A DNA stretch of 50,883 nt from a virus (taxonomy: Duplodnaviria > Caudoviricetes): positions 1 through 50,883 of IMG/VR virus record IMGVR_UViG_3300042923_000161; one strand, written 5' to 3'. A model generated the notes under the pieces. The model saw only the letters and a program-made list of their open reading frames with translations, ran no database searches and was not told where the DNA came from. Below are positions 1 to 9,719 of the stretch, in pieces (position 1 is the stretch's first letter; each line of letters begins with the position of its first letter). The translations under genes were made by a program, and so were the position numbers.

Positions 1-127
1 TCCGGTGGGTTGCCACAGGAAGTTATTGACCAAATCATTGCTGAAGTTGCTGATATCCCAGAAGCAACTACCACATCAATGGGTATTGTGCAGCTTACAA
101 ATTCGACTGTATCGCAAAGTGAATATG
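1..127. repeat. 127-bp terminal direct repeat (copy 1), assembly circularisation overlap
   Basis: Identical to 50757-50883 and lies inside a CDS. Confidence 0.95.
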
Positions 128-1467
128 TCGCAGCTACCGCCAAAGCTGTTAGTGATGCGATAGATGTAGCAAAAACAATCGCGCAGTCCATGGATGAAGA
201 GTTCGTAATACCAACAGCTAACACCGCTGCACAGGGGTTTGCGACCACAGCGGAGTCTAACGCTAAGACGTATGCAGATACGAACTTTCGAAAACCTTCC
301 GAGATCGTCAATGCTAATCTTGTTAAAAATTCATCGGCTTTACTTGGGTTTGATTATTGGACCCAAAAAGCCAATGTTCTTTTTGAAAGATTCTTGAATC
401 AAACGATCGGCGGTTTCTTTGGTGTCAACGCCGCAGTACCCGCAGGAGAGTTCGCTATATTAGATAATGAACAAATCGGGGTTTCCCCCGGTGCAAAGTA
501 CTTGTTGCAAGCCGTTTTCCACACATCGGGGTCTTACACAAACACTACAACTCATATCGAGGTCAAAAATGCGGTTACAGGCGATACTATAGATGTCTTA
601 GTGCCTAACCCGCAGGCTTGGTGGCATAGAAAAACAAAGATTATCACCATCCCAGCAGGCGTGGCTAATATCTACCTCAGACTGGTTGTGACAAACGCAC
701 CCGGTGTTGCCACAAAGGGTATCGGGCGTATTAAATTTAGCGAGGTCATGAACAGCTTGAACCAAGATATGCCGTACACAGATGAGCTATCAACACGCGC
801 GTTATACGAAGGCGTAGAAGCGGCAAAGCAATCTGGCGTTGATGCTAAAAATGGTGTCGTGGGTGCCATTAACGCCAAGGGTGGAAGTGCATCCACATCC
901 GATACATGGGCAACACTGGTGACGAAGATTAACGCGATTCAGCAAGGTGCATATTCGGTGCTTACACCCGCTCTAAACACTGGTAATCTAAACCTGTCAT
1001 CTAACCAAACCGGATGGCTTTATGACTTTGCTAGTATACCTGCTAATGTCAAAACCATATCACTGATACCAACTTCCAGTAATGCGTATTGGTCAGTACG
1101 CATATCAGGAAACCTGATGATGTTGAGTTTTGGATTGAAGGATGCAAACGGGCTTGTGTGGCGAGTGTCACCCGCGGCATATGGAGGAGCGCAGACGGAA
1201 TACACTGTCAATATGTACTCACTTCAAGTAGATACAGTTGCAGGGTCGGCGCTTAGTATGTGCCTTGTAGCAAGCCAAATATGGACACTTGGGGATGTGA
1301 CACCCGGAGCTAATATTGGTTCTGTTAGAGCCTATGGTGCTGCCGCCAAACCACAAGGATTCGACACTACACGGCCTATGACTTTGGGGATTTATATCAG
1401 TGCCACAGCACCTAATAACACTACGTGTGCTGCAATAGCAGCTAATATGCGTCTACAAACAACATAA
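1..1467 (+). CDS. Tail fibre / receptor-binding protein, C-terminal part
   Basis: Phage fibre repeat EATTTSMGIVQLTNS..AATAKAV, a CBM-like segment starting NLVKNSS, the linker SASTSDTWATLVTKI and a variable C-terminus. Confidence 0.85.
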   Translation, partial: SGGLPQEVIDQIIAEVADIPEATTTSMGIVQLTNSTVSQSEYVAATAKAVSDAIDVAKTIAQSMDEEFVIPTANTAAQGFATTAESNAKTYADTNFRKPSEIVNANLVKNSSALLGFDYWTQKANVLFERFLNQTIGGFFGVNAAVPAGEFAILDNEQIGVSPGAKYLLQAVFHTSGSYTNTTTHIEVKNAVTGDTIDVLVPNPQAWWHRKTKIITIPAGVANIYLRLVVTNAPGVATKGIGRIKFSEVMNSLNQDMPYTDELSTRALYEGVEAAKQSGVDAKNGVVGAINAKGGSASTSDTWATLVTKINAIQQGAYSVLTPALNTGNLNLSSNQTGWLYDFASIPANVKTISLIPTSSNAYWSVRISGNLMMLSFGLKDANGLVWRVSPAAYGGAQTEYTVNMYSLQVDTVAGSALSMCLVASQIWTLGDVTPGANIGSVRAYGAAAKPQGFDTTRPMTLGIYISATAPNNTTCAAIAANMRLQTT

Positions 1468-1479
1468 AGGAGGTGTCAT

Positions 1480-2031
1480 ATGTATTACGGCGCTAAGATT
1501 TACTACCAAGTTTTAACTGGACAAGTACTCCAAGTAGTGCCGCCTACGGCTGGTGAGTTTGTGGTACCGAACACTAAGGAAGAAGACTTTAAGTTATATG
1601 CCACGTTGAAGGGTCGAATCCCCGGAACTGTGGGTGTGTTGCAGCTTGACTACCCTTATGGCAAGTATGCTGAAGAATTCTCCAGTATGGTACCCGCAAA
1701 GGTGGATATTTATACAGGCAACATCTTGTTCACACGACAACCGGATGAACCTTCATCACCTGTCATCACTCCAGTATCTGACAGGTTGGATCAGGCTGAG
1801 TTTGCTCTTATGGATACATTGATGGAAACAGTGCGTGTGGGTCTGCTTCAGCACCTTGCCGGGTTCCGTGCAGATGGTGTGGATAACGCATTGGTTGATT
1901 TAGTCCTCCAGCATACAACACTACAGTTAGCTTTTGATGAATTGAAGTCAGAGGTTGACATGTACAGAGACATTACCGCAGCTTTGCTCATGGAGGTTAC
2001 AATACTAAAAGGCGGTGGAGAGGTTGGGTAG
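1480..2031 (+). CDS. Tail-fibre assembly/chaperone-like protein
   Basis: AAGGAGG RBS. N-terminus GAKIYY..TGQV with a coiled-coil C-terminus. Lies between the fibre and XkdX. Confidence 0.6.
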   Translation: MYYGAKIYYQVLTGQVLQVVPPTAGEFVVPNTKEEDFKLYATLKGRIPGTVGVLQLDYPYGKYAEEFSSMVPAKVDIYTGNILFTRQPDEPSSPVITPVSDRLDQAEFALMDTLMETVRVGLLQHLAGFRADGVDNALVDLVLQHTTLQLAFDELKSEVDMYRDITAALLMEVTILKGGGEVG

Positions 2032-2038
2032 AAGCTTA

Positions 2039-2167
2039 ATGTATGAGTTCATCAAACGAATGTATACCAACGGCAACCTTACAGATGCAGACCTTGAATT
2101 GCTTGTGACAGGTGGACGTATCACAGCAGAGGAAATGCAGATTATCAAAGATTCTAAGCCCCAATAG
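2039..2167 (+). CDS. XkdX-family small protein
   Basis: Not in the ORF track. Translates MYEFIKRMYTNGNLTDADLELLVTGGRITAEEMQIIKDSKPQ, which has the V..G.IT.EE motif. An in-frame TTG at 2024 is an alternative start. Confidence 0.8.
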   Translation: MYEFIKRMYTNGNLTDADLELLVTGGRITAEEMQIIKDSKPQ

Positions 2168-2176
2168 GGGCTTTTC
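2156..2176 (+). terminator. Rho-independent terminator
   Basis: AAGCCCC-AATA-GGGGCTT followed by T residues. Confidence 0.7.
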
Positions 2177-2241
2177 CTATTTCTACTATACCAAACTAGC
2201 AAATTATGCTAGTATATTTAGCATAAAAGGAGGTATGCGTC

Positions 2242-4707
2242 ATGGCAGTTAATGTCAAGGGCACGGTTGTAACACCTAAAGCCCCTGTCAGTGTTTCGGG
2301 ACAGAATTTAGGCGCTGTTAACAAACCAGCGGCTGGTGCTTCAGCGATTGGAACGCCTGTCCGAACAGGCACAGCAGCACCGACACCATCGTATTCATAC
2401 TCACCGAATATGAACCAAGGTGCAGCGAATCAGATCGTTTACTTAAAGCAGCTTTACGATCAGGCAGCGGCAGCAGGTAAGCCGAAGTCATCTCTAAATT
2501 CGATTGCAAGCAAGGCACAGGATCAGTATGGGCAGCTTGATCCGACCACAGCAACAGCGTTGAAGGGTATGAACGCCCAACAAGCAGCAGCGTGGTACCA
2601 AGGGTACAAGGATCAGAACAAGCAGCCTGTAGTGAACAACAACCCTGCGGTTACAGGAACTACGGCGCAGCCTACAGCACAGCCAGTAGATCCATGGGCT
2701 GACATCATGAACAACCCGATGATGCAGGAAATGATGGGTCGTCTGAATGGTTATGATCAGCAAATGGCAGCGTATGCGCAGCAACAACAAGAGCAACAAG
2801 CATACATGCAGCAGATGCAAGCCCAGAACTATCAGAACTTGATTGGTCAGTACCAGACTGCACAAGAGAATGACTTGTCTGCACTTGACCGTCAGTTTGA
2901 ACAGAGCAAATCTGAACTCTCTGACTCCAGCTTCCAAGACTACTTGCGTGCGCAGCAGCAAATGGCGAACCGTGGACTTGCAGGGTCTGGCTTGGCAAAT
3001 GATCAGGATACACGCTTATTGATGTCCAACAACAAAAACCTGAACAACCTTCAGAATTCTGTGCTGAATCAAAAAGCAGGTATCAAACAGCAGTATAATG
3101 GTCAAATTCAAGGGTTACAACAACAGCTTGCAGCCATCAACTTTCCCTCTGTGGCGGGAGGATCGTTAACCTCCCGTGACACGGGCACAGCGTCAGCGGG
3201 ACGGATGGCAGCGCCAGATGATACGTCCTTGAATATGATGTTTAACATCATGAAAGAAATGAACCCTTACGCTATGGCTACGGTTAAGGATCAAATGGAC
3301 TTTGCACGTATGTCCCAGAAAGATCAGATGGACTTCATGAAGGACATGATGCCATACCAGCAAGCCACCGTGAAGGATCAAATGCAGTATCAGGTTGACA
3401 TGTACAAGCAGCAGTTTGATTACAACAAGCTTGGCAGTGAAGAAAAACGATTCTACGACAAGCTGGATGTGGATTCTAAAATGAAGATTGCAGAACTTGC
3501 ACAGCAATATGATCTGAAAATGACTGATCTTATGGGCTATGACAAGAACGGCAATGCCACCTTTGCGGCTTCTAAATTTGTCAAAGAGTATGACCTTGAC
3601 AAATGGTACAAAGAGCAATCAATCAGCCAAGGATGGAGTAACATCGACATCAAGAAATATGTGGCTGAGAATAACGCCGCTCAAGGTTGGGAGAAGGTGC
3701 GTGTTGCACAGCAGAACGCTGACACACGTATTGCTGAACTTAATGTCAAGGCCCAAGAGATTACCGACAAGAACGCGCGTAACGCCTTTAAGGATCAGCT
3801 TGGGGAAGTAAACAACCTCATGAAACAGTCTTACAAGGAAATGAATGACTCCTTGGCTGTCCTGAACAAGCTTGATCCTAAGAAAGACAAAGAGCGGTAT
3901 GACGCTGCATTCGAACGCTGGCAGAAAGCAAGTAGGCAGTACGAAGTGGCGTACTCTTCAGTTGATGCCTTGGCTCAGATCGGTATTGGTAACGGTACCG
4001 ATAATGTGAATAAAGCTGTCACAGAGTCACAGAAGCAACTGGCTGAAGCTATGGGCACGGATACTTCTGGCTTGCTGAATAAATTCAACGGCGGCGGTGG
4101 ATCGAACTCGGGAAACTCCCTTGGCTCTCTTTCTAGGAAGTATGAATCCGGGGGCGACCCCGGACGAATTGCCCGTAATGCGGGTGATATCGGGGGAGCC
4201 AGTTACGGAACGTATCAGTTAACTACATCTAGCGGCTCAGCCAAAGCGTTTGTCCAATCCCTGAAGAACACAGCACCGGATGCCTATAAGAAACTTGTAG
4301 CACATCCGGTTGGTTCTAAAGCGTTTGATGCGGCTTGGAAACAAGTTGCAGCTACTAACAAAAACTTCGGTGACCTACAACACAGCTATGCCAAGTCTAT
4401 ATACTATGACAATGCAGCAAAATCCATTCTCAAGAATACAGGCTTGGATGTGAACAAACGCTCTAAAGCTGTTCAAGATGCTATTTGGTCTACAGCAGTA
4501 CAGCATGGTTCAGGTGGTGTTCAGAAGGTTGTCAAGGGAGCCGGGATTACTCCAGCTATGTCTGACACTGAGATTCTGAAACGCATCTACGCTGAGCGTG
4601 GAGCCAACAACGGGATGAAGTACTTCAAATCATCTTCAGCAAGTATCCGTCAAGGCGTGGTTAACCGATTCAAAAATGAACTTCAGGATGCACTAAAAAT
4701 GGTTTAA
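2242..4707 (+). CDS. Internal virion (ejection) protein with C-terminal lysozyme-like muramidase domain
   Basis: Q/A-rich coiled coils. C-terminal LGSLSRKYESGG..GDIGGASYGTYQL..WSTAVQHG resembles the VgrG3-like peptidoglycan hydrolase domain. Confidence 0.75.
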   Translation: MAVNVKGTVVTPKAPVSVSGQNLGAVNKPAAGASAIGTPVRTGTAAPTPSYSYSPNMNQGAANQIVYLKQLYDQAAAAGKPKSSLNSIASKAQDQYGQLDPTTATALKGMNAQQAAAWYQGYKDQNKQPVVNNNPAVTGTTAQPTAQPVDPWADIMNNPMMQEMMGRLNGYDQQMAAYAQQQQEQQAYMQQMQAQNYQNLIGQYQTAQENDLSALDRQFEQSKSELSDSSFQDYLRAQQQMANRGLAGSGLANDQDTRLLMSNNKNLNNLQNSVLNQKAGIKQQYNGQIQGLQQQLAAINFPSVAGGSLTSRDTGTASAGRMAAPDDTSLNMMFNIMKEMNPYAMATVKDQMDFARMSQKDQMDFMKDMMPYQQATVKDQMQYQVDMYKQQFDYNKLGSEEKRFYDKLDVDSKMKIAELAQQYDLKMTDLMGYDKNGNATFAASKFVKEYDLDKWYKEQSISQGWSNIDIKKYVAENNAAQGWEKVRVAQQNADTRIAELNVKAQEITDKNARNAFKDQLGEVNNLMKQSYKEMNDSLAVLNKLDPKKDKERYDAAFERWQKASRQYEVAYSSVDALAQIGIGNGTDNVNKAVTESQKQLAEAMGTDTSGLLNKFNGGGGSNSGNSLGSLSRKYESGGDPGRIARNAGDIGGASYGTYQLTTSSGSAKAFVQSLKNTAPDAYKKLVAHPVGSKAFDAAWKQVAATNKNFGDLQHSYAKSIYYDNAAKSILKNTGLDVNKRSKAVQDAIWSTAVQHGSGGVQKVVKGAGITPAMSDTEILKRIYAERGANNGMKYFKSSSASIRQGVVNRFKNELQDALKMV

Positions 4708-4722
4708 GGGAGGATGTAACAC

Positions 4723-7700
4723 ATGGCTTATAAATTCACCGCCATTCCCGGCGTAGGGTCGGGAGTTCGAAGTCAACTCGCGCCGGGTACACCCTACCCG
4801 TTTCAAGCAGTATCCGGTATTGGTGCGAAGGTAGCGCCAACTATCAACTTCAGCCAGACAGACGTGGCCCCTACTTCATCTGTTTCAGGCAGAGCGCCCA
4901 CGGGTGCTGCTGCTGAACCATGGTGGATGACGGGCCTAAACATCTTGTCTGCGCCGGGAAAAATAGTAACAGAGCAGACCGCTAACTGGACAGACGATAA
5001 GTGGGGATGGAATGACCTTCCCGTATGGAACCAAGTGTCTAATTTCGGTAAAGGTGTAGGTACACAGTGGGACAATTGGAATGACGGACAGTTAACATTT
5101 GATGATATTCCAGTCATCAGCGGTCTAGCCAACATGGGCCGGGAGATGCCCGGATTCAGTCAGACCCTTGACAACTTAGGTGTTGAGAATGAACGTGCTA
5201 AGTTTTGGGGCGGTTTAGCGGGTGACATTGCGCTTGACCCATTAACATGGATCACATTCGGTGCAAGTTCTGCTGTTAAATCTGGTGGTAAAGCCATGGC
5301 AGGTGCTGCACGTGATGTGGCGGCTGATTATGGTATCCAGATGGGTAAGGTCACTAAGTCAGCCATCCGTAACCTACCTGATGCCGTTGACCATAAAGTG
5401 TGGAATGACTTGCTGGAGTCCGGTTCATCCTTCCGTGTAGCTGAAAATCAAGCGGACTATGCGAAGCAGCTTGTCAAGCAACGCATTCAGGATGCTGGTA
5501 AAGCAGGACGTGCCAAAGCGCAAAACGCTCTTATCAATATTGATGTGCCCTTCACCAAGACTACATACCAGATCGGGAAAAAGCCTGCAAGTTGGGCAAA
5601 ATCCTCACCAACTATCAAGGGACAGGGTGCTAATGCACTGAACACATTAATGACACGTAGCGGTATTGATCCATCAACTACCGGAGCGGAGTTCATCCAG
5701 AAAGCCCTAGGAAAAACTAATCTGGAAGATATCACCTTCCAAGAGTATAATTGGTTAAAAGGCGAATTGAAGAACTTCGGAGAGTTTGCAGCCAAAGCGC
5801 AGAATGCTGGTGACCCATTCACTTCAGCGAAGAACGGGTTGCAGTTTGGAACCAAGACAATCAGTCCGGGGAATACTCCAGCGCCGGGCAGTGCAGTAGA
5901 CGGCTTCAACTTCTCCAGCCGCTTCGTACCTGATATGGGTGGACGATCTGTGAACGGACAGAAGTTCTTTGACGCTGTTCGTGCAATCAATCCACGTCAA
6001 GTCGGTACCGCTGCTTCAGGTGGTTTGGTGAATGAAGCTGGTGGCCTGATCCAAGACACATTCAACCGGATCAGAAACAATCTGGGTAACCGTTTGCCAC
6101 AGACCGTGCAGGATGTTATGAGACAAGCTGAAGACTTCAGCCCTAACGATCAACGGGCACTGGAATATGTGCTTGAAGGAGAGTTCCCGACAGGATTCGA
6201 CATGAACTCTTTTGATGCTACTAAAGTCTACCGCGCTGCGGAAACCTTGCGTACACACTATGATGACATGGCAAAATCTGAAGGACTCGCTGGTGTTCTG
6301 GACAGTACTCGCGGAGGTTATGCACCGCACGTTGTCAACCGTTCACCTGAGAAGGTCGCAGAGGTGCTTCAGAAGTATGCTGATGATCCTGAGTTGCAGA
6401 ATCTAGCGAAGGTTTCAGCAAGTAACAGCTTCAACCAGTCACGTAAAGGGTTCAAGTCATTCGCTCAGTTGGACAACTATATTGCGGGTATCGGACAGAA
6501 GATTGCAGCAGAGACTGATCCCGCTGAAATTGCCAAGCTTCAAGCGAAGATGGATGATGTTTCAGGCATCTTCGAACGTGATCCATTCAAGGCATTCCAG
6601 AAGCGTCTGTATAAGAGTTACCGGGTTCGTGAATTGGGTGATCTGTACAAGACGATGAAGGATGACGGCTTGCTGATGGAGCCAGACATGGCTACTTATG
6701 ATGAAGCGTTGTATGTTGCGCTGAATGCGTCTGAAGCAAAACGCTTGAATGTTCCGAACGGTACAGTGATGCACCGGGAAGTGAAGGATGCTTTGATGCA
6801 AGCCGATAAGATATTCACGAATGATGGTATGAACAAATTCGTGGAGAAGGTCACGTCCATAACAAACATCTGGAAGGGCTTGACCACTACGATTCGTCCA
6901 GTCCATCACTTGAACAACCTTGTCGGAAACATCTTCAACAACACGCTGGCTGGTGTAGAGGTCGGCAGCTACAAACGGGCCATGCAGACTCTGAACCGTG
7001 TGAGCCGTGGCAAGCCGAAGCAAGAAGACCTTGAACTGATGGAACTGGCTATGAAGAACGGTATCTTTGGACAAGGTCACTCTGATGAGTACCGCAGAAT
7101 CTTCGGTGATACTCCAGCAAAGGGTATCCGTAAAGCAGAGGACTTCGTACAGAACAACCGTGTGACCAGCTTCATGCGTAGATGGTTGGGCGACACCACA
7201 GATAACTGGAGCCGACTTGCACACTTTGAATCCGTTCTGAATAAGACCGGAGACGCGAAGCTTGCTGCTGACTCCACACGCAAGTTCTTGTTCAACTACG
7301 GTGAGCACACAGGTATGGATAGAACCATCCGGTTGGCTATTCCTTTCTGGACGTGGACAAAGAACAACATCCCGCTTCAACTGGAACAGCTTATGAAGCA
7401 GCCGCGCTACTATCAAACGTATCTCAGACTGCAAGACGCTTCTTATGAGTCTCAGGGACTGGATCGTCAAGACCAGCGTGATTTCGTGCGGGACGCATAC
7501 TTTGCAACACCATGGGGAACAGCACGTAACCCACGCGCACCGATCACAGACCTGAATAACCTCAGCAGCTTCCCAGAAGCGCTAAAATTCCTTGTTAACA
7601 GTGCATCACCACTTGTCAAGACTCCATTCGAACAAGTGGCAGGTAAGTCTTTCTTTACAGGAATGCCAATCGATAACCAGTGGGAGTACGCATTACAACA

Positions 7701-7794
7701 AGCGCCTATCTTGAACGACTTCTATAAGATGTTTAAAGGCGATTCATCAGTGCTGGACGTGTTGACAGGTAAAGAACTGGACGTAAACAAATAA
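4723..7794 (+). CDS. Large internal virion (ejection / DNA-transfer) protein
   Basis: 1023 aa. Motifs DIALDPLTW, YAPH, HHLNNLVGN and FLFNYG..AIPFWTW are typical of podovirus ejection proteins. Confidence 0.7.
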   Translation: MAYKFTAIPGVGSGVRSQLAPGTPYPFQAVSGIGAKVAPTINFSQTDVAPTSSVSGRAPTGAAAEPWWMTGLNILSAPGKIVTEQTANWTDDKWGWNDLPVWNQVSNFGKGVGTQWDNWNDGQLTFDDIPVISGLANMGREMPGFSQTLDNLGVENERAKFWGGLAGDIALDPLTWITFGASSAVKSGGKAMAGAARDVAADYGIQMGKVTKSAIRNLPDAVDHKVWNDLLESGSSFRVAENQADYAKQLVKQRIQDAGKAGRAKAQNALINIDVPFTKTTYQIGKKPASWAKSSPTIKGQGANALNTLMTRSGIDPSTTGAEFIQKALGKTNLEDITFQEYNWLKGELKNFGEFAAKAQNAGDPFTSAKNGLQFGTKTISPGNTPAPGSAVDGFNFSSRFVPDMGGRSVNGQKFFDAVRAINPRQVGTAASGGLVNEAGGLIQDTFNRIRNNLGNRLPQTVQDVMRQAEDFSPNDQRALEYVLEGEFPTGFDMNSFDATKVYRAAETLRTHYDDMAKSEGLAGVLDSTRGGYAPHVVNRSPEKVAEVLQKYADDPELQNLAKVSASNSFNQSRKGFKSFAQLDNYIAGIGQKIAAETDPAEIAKLQAKMDDVSGIFERDPFKAFQKRLYKSYRVRELGDLYKTMKDDGLLMEPDMATYDEALYVALNASEAKRLNVPNGTVMHREVKDALMQADKIFTNDGMNKFVEKVTSITNIWKGLTTTIRPVHHLNNLVGNIFNNTLAGVEVGSYKRAMQTLNRVSRGKPKQEDLELMELAMKNGIFGQGHSDEYRRIFGDTPAKGIRKAEDFVQNNRVTSFMRRWLGDTTDNWSRLAHFESVLNKTGDAKLAADSTRKFLFNYGEHTGMDRTIRLAIPFWTWTKNNIPLQLEQLMKQPRYYQTYLRLQDASYESQGLDRQDQRDFVRDAYFATPWGTARNPRAPITDLNNLSSFPEALKFLVNSASPLVKTPFEQVAGKSFFTGMPIDNQWEYALQQAPILNDFYKMFKGDSSVLDVLTGKELDVNK

Positions 7795-7814
7795 AGTCCG
7801 AAGGGGGAATTACC

Positions 7815-8117
7815 TTGATCGTGCAGACACAGCAACAAAACCCGCTGACACCTGAAAACGTGTCAGCTTGGGCTGTGCTGATAGACAAGTACGGTTTTTC
7901 TATGATACTCGCAATCGTAATGACGATTTTGGTAATTTCATTGCTGGCACTGTTCATTTCTGGTAGAATCGTTCCAAGAATCTACTTGGATAGGGCTGAA
8001 GAGGATCGTGACCGAATGCAAAATATTATGGAGACTGAACGTACTCAATATATGGCATCGCTGGCAGAATGGGTTAATACTTTGAAGAAGGATAATTCAG
8101 ATGGTCGGGGAGGATGA
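7815..8117 (+). CDS. Single-TM holin-like protein
   Basis: One hydrophobic helix followed by a coiled coil; first gene of the lysis cluster. Confidence 0.55.
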   Translation: MIVQTQQQNPLTPENVSAWAVLIDKYGFSMILAIVMTILVISLLALFISGRIVPRIYLDRAEEDRDRMQNIMETERTQYMASLAEWVNTLKKDNSDGRGG

Positions 8118-8320
8118 CAGGAATGTTGGACAACTTCTTGAAAAAGCTACTCCCCCGTAGTCATCGTGAACGTATCGAACAAAGCCAAGCCCGTTCTTCG
8201 CGCAGCGTGTCATTAACTATTGACAGGTACGTGAATCTATCACAACAGATGCAGGATGCTATACGGGAGAATGGTTTTGCCGAATACCTTTACATTGACA
8301 AGGGGGATAAGAAGAAATGA
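8114..8320 (+). CDS. Hypothetical protein (lysis cluster)
   Basis: Coupled to both neighbours by ATGA overlaps. Confidence 0.6.
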   Translation: MTGMLDNFLKKLLPRSHRERIEQSQARSSRSVSLTIDRYVNLSQQMQDAIRENGFAEYLYIDKGDKKK

Positions 8321-8769
8321 TCAGCGTGACAGACCTTTTGCTGCTATCAGTATATGTCTTGACATTCATTGTTGCGGCTTACATTTCAGTCAATCGGGTC
8401 AAGTACTTCATTGAACGGTGCCGCAAAGGGAATATATCTGTATTCGTTCTAGGTGCAATCATATTTGTAAACTCATACTCACTAAGCATGATTTCAGCTT
8501 TCAGTACACGCTTGAGGTCATCTCTTGAACTGGTTGATCATGCAGGGTCTGTCATCACCACCTATCTGTGGACTGTATCGCAGATAGGGTGCTTGATTGG
8601 TATCTTACTGGTATGTATCAATGTCGTCACTAATTACTACGATCTGGCTATAGTGCTAGGGAAACGGAGGTACTTAAATGGGAACACTTCAGGGACTGCT
8701 GCACAAGTCATCGGGACAGACAGCGTGGTTGAACCCGGCAGTGAAGTTCGCAACGGAGAAACTGATTGA
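8317..8769 (+). CDS. Three-TM membrane protein (lysis cluster)
   Basis: Three hydrophobic segments; 3' end overlaps the endolysin start. Confidence 0.6.
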   Translation: MISVTDLLLLSVYVLTFIVAAYISVNRVKYFIERCRKGNISVFVLGAIIFVNSYSLSMISAFSTRLRSSLELVDHAGSVITTYLWTVSQIGCLIGILLVCINVVTNYYDLAIVLGKRRYLNGNTSGTAAQVIGTDSVVEPGSEVRNGETD

Positions 8770-9475
8770 ACGCTGCTTTAATCAAGGCATTGAGATTCGG
8801 ATCACACACGGTTACCGCTCTCCAGCCGAACAACAAGCGCTGTACAATCAAGGACGGTACGGAAACCCACCACCTATTGTAACCAACGCACCACCGGGAC
8901 GATCCAACCACAACTATGGACTGGCTATCGACTTCGTACTGCTCAAAGGTGTCTATGATATGAAGATTGACACAGACGGCAATAGCATTGCTGACTGGAT
9001 TGACGTTGTGACACACGCCAAAATGTTAGGTTTCACATGGGGTGGAGACTGGAAGTCCTTCAAAGACTACCCACACTTTGAAATGACATTCGGCTTGACT
9101 GTGGATCAGCTTCAGGCAGGACGTAAGCCAACAGCAGCCCAAGAACAGGCCGTCATTAACAAAATTAAAGCACAGGAGGTCTTACCCGTGGATGATAAAC
9201 GTGTTGAATTGTTAGAAGCCAAAGTTGCCACACTCTCAGACGCAGTGAATGCCCTGAATAAGCGCGTTAACATCGAGTCCAATCAAACGGTACCGAAGAC
9301 ATACGAAAAGGCCGTCATCGCAGCCAAGGCAGCAGGAGCGATCACGACAAGCAATGACAAGTCCAAAGCGGAACTGAACATGATTCAGAAGGATTACAAT
9401 CAAGGCTTCTATCACCCAGATTTTATTAAGTCTATGGAGAAATACAGACCTAAGAAGGAGGAGGATTCCAAATGA
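8678..9475 (+). CDS. Endolysin, M15-family (CwlK-like L-Ala-D-Glu) peptidase
   Basis: GYRS..EQ.ALY.QGR, S.HNYGLAID and WGGDW..FKDYPHFE motifs; GGAGG RBS. Confidence 0.92.
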   Translation: MGTLQGLLHKSSGQTAWLNPAVKFATEKLIERCFNQGIEIRITHGYRSPAEQQALYNQGRYGNPPPIVTNAPPGRSNHNYGLAIDFVLLKGVYDMKIDTDGNSIADWIDVVTHAKMLGFTWGGDWKSFKDYPHFEMTFGLTVDQLQAGRKPTAAQEQAVINKIKAQEVLPVDDKRVELLEAKVATLSDAVNALNKRVNIESNQTVPKTYEKAVIAAKAAGAITTSNDKSKAELNMIQKDYNQGFYHPDFIKSMEKYRPKKEEDSK

Positions 9476-9678
9476 ACTGGAAGCAGAAATTAGGAAGCCG
9501 CAAGTTCTGGAGTCTACTCGCGGCGTTGGCAGTGGCAGTCTTGACAGCGTTTGGAGCCGGGGAGGACAACGCAGTCAAGATTACCGGGATTATTGCAGCA
9601 GTCGGGGCCTGTGTCGTGTACATGCTTGCTGAAGCAGTGGTTGACAAGAACCGCAACGACTCTGATACGGATAATTAA
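9472..9678 (+). CDS. Holin (two TM)
   Basis: MNWKQKLGSRKFW...Y.LAE..VD pattern, directly after the endolysin. Confidence 0.85.
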   Translation: MNWKQKLGSRKFWSLLAALAVAVLTAFGAGEDNAVKITGIIAAVGACVVYMLAEAVVDKNRNDSDTDN

Positions 9679-9681
9679 AGC

Positions 9682-9719
9682 AAAAGACCGGAGCCTAAAC
9701 AACTGGCTTCGGTCTTTTT
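9682..9719. terminator. Bidirectional terminator between the convergent arms
   Basis: AAAAGACCGGAGCC-loop-GGCTTCGGTCTTTTT. Confidence 0.85.

Noticed and set aside
7082-7120. Other CTGATGA occurrences (for example 7082, 12121, ~49104) as hammerheads
   Set aside because: They lie inside CDSs and lack stem II followed by GAAA. CUGANGA variants were not checked exhaustively.
6562-7470. Long antisense ORFs (also 12866..13501 +, 20859..21614 +, 44650..45225 -)
   Set aside because: They are shadows of well-supported genes on the opposite strand and have no RBS or recognisable motifs.
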